Positions 58,995 through 64,000 of a stretch of DNA of 64,000 nt are shown one piece after another. Below the pieces are notes generated by a model. It had not been told where the DNA came from. It saw only the letters and a program-made list of their open reading frames with translations, and did not search any database. A program made the translations under genes and the position numbers. Each line of letters begins with the position of its first letter. Position 1 is the stretch's first letter. This DNA comes from an uncultured Gammaproteobacteria bacterium (GTDB taxonomy: Bacteria; Pseudomonadota; Gammaproteobacteria; Steroidobacterales; Steroidobacteraceae): NCBI GenBank assembly GCA_963769815.1, contig CAVYNI010000004.1, positions 268,714 to 332,713 of the forward strand. Reading direction: 5' to 3'.

Positions 58995-59293
58995 CGTTGT
59001 GACGATGACTGCCGCCCGGACATCGCGCACTCGGCGGTTGCGCAGAAGGCCCGTCAGAAAGCGCTGATGACCGCCGTCGAGTTCCAGCCCGCGCGCGGGC
59101 GGTGGAGCAGCATGGTGGGGTTTGGCAGCTGCCGCGCAGCCGGCACGCGGCCGTGCTTCAGTAACGACAGTTCTTTACACGGCTAATTGACTGATTGGCT
59201 TTAAAATTCTGGCTCGGCAGGTTACTATCCCGTTGCCTTTCTGCGTTCATCTTCAGCGCCGCCAAATCGCGAAGAGCGCGCTTCGGCATTGAT

Positions 59294-59347
59294 CTAAATC
59301 CGTCCGCGCAGTTGATCGCGCGGCGCATGCCGGCGTCCCGGATTTAG
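59294..59347 (+). promoter_or_regulatory. Nested inverted repeat (outer CTAAATCCG/CGGATTTAG, inner CCGCGC/GCGCGG) 29 nt upstream of moxR
   Basis: Read directly. The outer 9-bp arms are at 59294..59302 and 59339..59347. The inner 6-bp arms are at 59304..59309 and 59318..59323. It lies in a 380-bp, relatively AT-rich divergent intergenic region. Confidence 0.3.
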
Positions 59348-59375
59348 CCACTTCATCATGAAGGATTAGCGCTGA

Positions 59376-60455
<1,080 letters not shown>

Positions 60456-60470
60456 GCGGGGAGACTCCGG

Positions 60471-61388
60471 ATGGCGGACGCCCCGAAATCGACCAAGGCG
60501 CTGCTCAGCAGCATGCGTCAGCTGGAGATCCGCACCCGCCGCATGGTGGATGACAGCATGGCGGGCGCCTATCACTCCGTCTTCAAGGGCCGCGGGATGG
60601 ATTTCGACGAGGTGCGCGAATACAGCCCGGGAGATGAGGTTCGGACCATCGATTGGAACGTGACGGCACGTGCCGGCCGCGCATTCGTCAAGAAATTTAC
60701 CGAAGAACGCGAGCTCACCCTGTTCCTGGTGGTCGACATCAGCGCCTCGGGCAACTTCGGTTCGGGCGCGATGGCCAAGCGGGATCTCGCCGCGGAGGTG
60801 GCGAGCGTGCTGGCCTTTTCCGCCATTCGCAACAGCGACAAAGTCGGCTTGATCCTGTACACCGATCGCGTCGAGCGGTATCTGCCGCCGAGGAAGGGTC
60901 GGCGCCACGTACTGCGGGTCGTTCGTGACATTCTCTATCATGAGCCGCAGGGCATCGGTACCGATACCGTGAAGATGCTCGATGTAGTGAACCACGTGCT
61001 GCACCGGCGCGCCGTCGTGTTCCTGATCTCCGATTTCGAATCGAGCGGCGACCCCGCTTCAGCCCGGGCGCAGCTGCGACGAGCGGTCCGACAGACCAAT
61101 CGCCGCCACGACCTGATCGCGGTTCACATCGAGGATCCGCGCGAGAAGGAGCTCCCGAACGTCGGGATCATCGCCCTGGAAGATGCCGAGACGGGCGAAC
61201 TCATTGAGCTCGACACTGCGCGTACCGCCGTGCGTGAAGGCTTCGCCAAGCTCGCCTCCGAGCGTGCGCTGCGGTTGACGAGCGATCTGCGGGCCGAAGG
61301 GGTCGACACCGTGCAGCTGCGGACGGACATGCCGTACATTGCGCCGCTGCAACGATTCTTCAAATCCCGCGGCCGACCGCGCGTATGA
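60471..61388 (+). CDS. DUF58 domain protein (MoxR-associated, VWA-like)
   Basis: 305 aa. GAYHSVFKGRGMDFDEVREYSPGDEVRTIDWNVTAR and LVVDISASG. Confidence 0.85.
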   Translation: MADAPKSTKALLSSMRQLEIRTRRMVDDSMAGAYHSVFKGRGMDFDEVREYSPGDEVRTIDWNVTARAGRAFVKKFTEERELTLFLVVDISASGNFGSGAMAKRDLAAEVASVLAFSAIRNSDKVGLILYTDRVERYLPPRKGRRHVLRVVRDILYHEPQGIGTDTVKMLDVVNHVLHRRAVVFLISDFESSGDPASARAQLRRAVRQTNRRHDLIAVHIEDPREKELPNVGIIALEDAETGELIELDTARTAVREGFAKLASERALRLTSDLRAEGVDTVQLRTDMPYIAPLQRFFKSRGRPRV

Positions 61389-61960
61389 GGATGCTCGAAC
61401 GCGCCCGCCGTGGCATGCCGACAGGGCCCGCGCTCGCGCTGCTGCTATTCGCCGCGCTCGCCGAATCTGCCGAGGATATCCGTGACATTCGCGGTCCAAA
61501 GGCCGTGCCTGCATCCTCGATGCTGCCCGCGCTGCTGACCGGCGCGATCCTCGCAGCGCTCCTCGTCTATGCCCTCTGGCGCCGGCGTCATCGGGAACCT
61601 CGCCGCCGCGAGCTGAGCCTCTCAGAACAAACCCTGGCGCGTTTGGAGGCGACACGAACCCTGATGCGTCCGGCCACGGCCCGGGAGTTCGGTATCGCCG
61701 CATCGGAGGTGATCCGAGACTACATCGAGAAGCGCTTTCAGGTCATCGCGACGCAACGAACGACCGAGGAATTTCTGCAGTCGCTGCTGCAGAGCTCGAA
61801 TCAGGCGCTCGCGCGCCACCGCTCGCTGCTCGCCGATTTCTTGCATCAATGCGACTTCGTCAAATTCGCCGGCACCTCGCTGGCGGCTGAGGACCTGGAG
61901 TCGCTCCTGCATCACGCCCGCGGTTTCGTGCGGGAGACCGCCGAGCCACGCCCCGCATGA
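61385..61960 (+). CDS. DUF4381-like membrane protein
   Basis: 191 aa. DIRDIRGP followed by one TM segment and a helical C-terminus. ATGA overlaps occur at both ends (61385 and 61957). Confidence 0.75.
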   Translation: MRMLERARRGMPTGPALALLLFAALAESAEDIRDIRGPKAVPASSMLPALLTGAILAALLVYALWRRRHREPRRRELSLSEQTLARLEATRTLMRPATAREFGIAASEVIRDYIEKRFQVIATQRTTEEFLQSLLQSSNQALARHRSLLADFLHQCDFVKFAGTSLAAEDLESLLHHARGFVRETAEPRPA

Positions 61961-62959
61961 TCCGGTTTCTTCAGCCCGAGTGGCTATGGGCATTGAGCCT
62001 GCTGCCGCTCGCGGTTCTGTGGCGGGGCCGGCGCGGACCGGTCGCCGCCGTCGAATATTCCGACGTGAGCCTGGCGCGCGACATCGCACGCCGCACTCGG
62101 AGCCGTATCGGCGGAGTACTCTGGCTGCTGCCGATCATCGCGGCGGCGCTCATGATCGTCGGATTGGCCAGACCGCAGCGCACCCACAGCCGTACCGAAG
62201 TCACCGTGAACGGAATCGACATCGTTCTTGGACTGGACGTCTCCGGATCGATGCAGGCGCTCGACTTCATGGTGGACAATTACCGGGTCAACCGCATCGC
62301 CGTGGTCAAGTCGGTCGTCTCCCAATTCATCGACGAGCGCCCCAATGACCGCATCGGTCTCATCGCTTTTGCGGCGGCTCCCTATATCGTGAGTCCACTC
62401 ACCCTGGATCATGACTGGCTGCTGCAGAATCTCGAGCGAGTCAACGTCGGCATCGGCGATGACGATGGCACCGCCATCGGTTCGGCCATTGCGGCCGCCG
62501 TGAATCACTTGCGCACCACGAGGGCAAAATCCAAGGTCGTCATTCTCTTGACCGATGGCGTCAACAACAGCGGAAAGATATCGCCGTTCGCCGCCGCGGA
62601 GGCCGCACGCGCCTTGGGCGTGAAGGTCTACACCGTCGGCGTCGGCGTGCGCGGCAAGGCGCCCATCCCCGTGCGGGATGAATCCGGCAGGACCCGCGTG
62701 ATCATGATGAACGTGGACGTCGATGAGAAGACACTGCAGGCGGTCGCCCATGAGACCGGCGGACAGTTCTATCGCGCGACCGATACGGACTCGCTGAAAA
62801 AAATATACGAGCAGATCAACCGTTACGAGACCTCGGCCCAAACGGTTCAGAAATTCGAGCACGTCGAAGAGCTCTATCGGTGGACCCTCTTTCCGTCGCT
62901 GGGCTTTCTTGGGCTTTGGCGTGCTCTTGCAGCAAACCCGATATCGCAGGCTACCGTGA
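61957..62959 (+). pseudogene. VWA-domain membrane protein BatA-like; frame break near 62913 just before its natural stop
   Basis: This ORF is not in the supplied track because the frame is open to the window edge. MIRFLQPEWLWALSLLPLAVLW..., VWA MIDAS in IVLGLDVSGSM, and ILLTDGVNNSG. The canonical C-terminus FLGFGVLLQQTRYRRLP stop (TGA 62957..62959) is in a different frame from the body. Confidence 0.75.
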
Positions 62960-64000
62960 GATTCGCCTATCCTTATTTTCTGCTGGCGGGTGTGCTGACG
63001 TGCATCGTGCTCATCGGGCTGTGGCGCTACCATGACCGTCGGCAACGGGCGGCGCTGGCCAAATTCGTCGCACCGCACCTTCGGGGCAGCCTTACCAGCT
63101 CGGTGTCCCGGACCGGCCGCATCGTGCAGCGCGGCCTGTTCTGCGCCTCTGCGTTGTTTCTGTTCGCGGCACTGGCGGGCCCGCAGATCGGATATCACTG
63201 GGAGAGAATCAGCCGCCGCGGCAACGAAGTCATCTTCGCGATCGATACGTCGCGCAGTATGTTGACGCCCGACAGCAAACCCAATCGCTTGACGCGCGCA
63301 AAGCTGGCGATCGATGACATGGCGAGTCAGTTGCAAGGCGACGGCATCGGCATCGTCGCTTTTGCAGGCAGCGCGTTTCTCGTCTGTCCGATCACGCTCG
63401 ACTACGGCGCCTTCCACGAATCCTTGGATGCCATCGATATTCACACGATTCCACGAGGCGGCACCAATATCTCGAGTGCCATTCTCGAGGCGCGCGCGGC
63501 ACTGCGGCGCCATCCCGGCGGCGACAAGATCCTGATATTGGTCACGGATGGGGAGGACCTGGAGGGAGAATCCTTGGCTGCCGCATTGCAGGCTGCGAAG
63601 CAGGACGGCCTCAAGATCTACACGGTCGGCATCGGGTCCGCGGAAGGCGACCTGATCCCTCTGCCGCCCGATCTCGGGGGCGGCTTCGTCCGGGATGAAA
63701 CGGGTGCTTTGGTCAAGTCCCATCTCGATGAGGCTGCATTGAAGGCGATCGCATCCGCGACGGGTGGCGCGTATGTGCATCTCGGAAGCCAGGGCGATGA
63801 TTTCGAAGTATTTCTGCGAACCGTATTCGGCGCGGTGTCGCAGCATGATTTGAGTTACCGACAGCAGAGGATTTATACCGAGCGCTATCAATGGCCTCTC
63901 GCCGCCTCATGTCTGCTGTTGTTGGGGAGCCTCGTGGTGGGCACGCGGCGGGCACGGCGCAATCGATCGGTAGCGATGCCTCACGCGGCCGCGATATCCA
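62956..64000 (+). CDS. VWA-domain protein BatB-like, 3' end beyond the window
   Basis: GTG 62956 overlaps the out-of-frame batA stop (GTGA). VRFAYPYFLLAGVLTCIVLIGLW..., VIFAIDTSRSM and ILILVTDGEDLEGE. It is still open at 64000 and is in the same frame as the batA body. Confidence 0.75.
   Translation, partial: MRFAYPYFLLAGVLTCIVLIGLWRYHDRRQRAALAKFVAPHLRGSLTSSVSRTGRIVQRGLFCASALFLFAALAGPQIGYHWERISRRGNEVIFAIDTSRSMLTPDSKPNRLTRAKLAIDDMASQLQGDGIGIVAFAGSAFLVCPITLDYGAFHESLDAIDIHTIPRGGTNISSAILEARAALRRHPGGDKILILVTDGEDLEGESLAAALQAAKQDGLKIYTVGIGSAEGDLIPLPPDLGGGFVRDETGALVKSHLDEAALKAIASATGGAYVHLGSQGDDFEVFLRTVFGAVSQHDLSYRQQRIYTERYQWPLAASCLLLLGSLVVGTRRARRNRSVAMPHAAAIS

Overview
GC-rich (about two-thirds G+C by eye) proteobacterial chromosome segment, tightly packed with about 55 genes. 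I recognised no rRNA, tRNA, CRISPR array, transposase or integrase. The main theme is quaternary-amine and methylamine catabolism. It includes choline to glycine betaine (betA, betI, betB and a choline/betaine-type ABC transporter), a GbcA/Stc2-like Rieske oxygenase, a DMGDH-type FAD/folate demethylase with a second copy starting at the left edge, and two diverged heterotetrameric sarcosine-oxidase operons (soxBDAG) in opposite orientation. It also includes a GbdR/CdhR-like GlxA-AraC regulator, a carnitine/butyrobetaine CoA module (BKACE, hotdog thioesterase, ADP-forming acyl-CoA synthetase-like protein, CaiD), and a dioxygenase/aldolase/saccharopine-dehydrogenase-like operon that resembles the first steps of eukaryotic carnitine biosynthesis. 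Also present are two paralogous 'TPR-sulfotransferase + TonB-dependent receptor' modules, a GMC oxidoreductase/enolase-superfamily/HIBADH operon, a Tat-exported PaoABC-like molybdoenzyme with a GntR regulator, and a MoxR/DUF58/DUF4381/BatA/BatB operon that runs off the right edge. The strongest sequence-level signal is at least 30 single-nucleotide reading-frame breaks. They are clustered in particular genes: both sox operons, the DMGDH-like gene, both TonB receptors and several others. Other multi-kb stretches have none. Some breaks fuse neighbouring genes into one ORF (betI-betB, choX-choW, batA-batB) or remove a stop codon (GbdR-like regulator). I cannot tell from sequence alone whether these are assembly indel errors or real gene decay, so broken genes are labelled pseudogene with that caveat. 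Frame-break coordinates are approximate (plus or minus about 10 nt) and come from hand translation.
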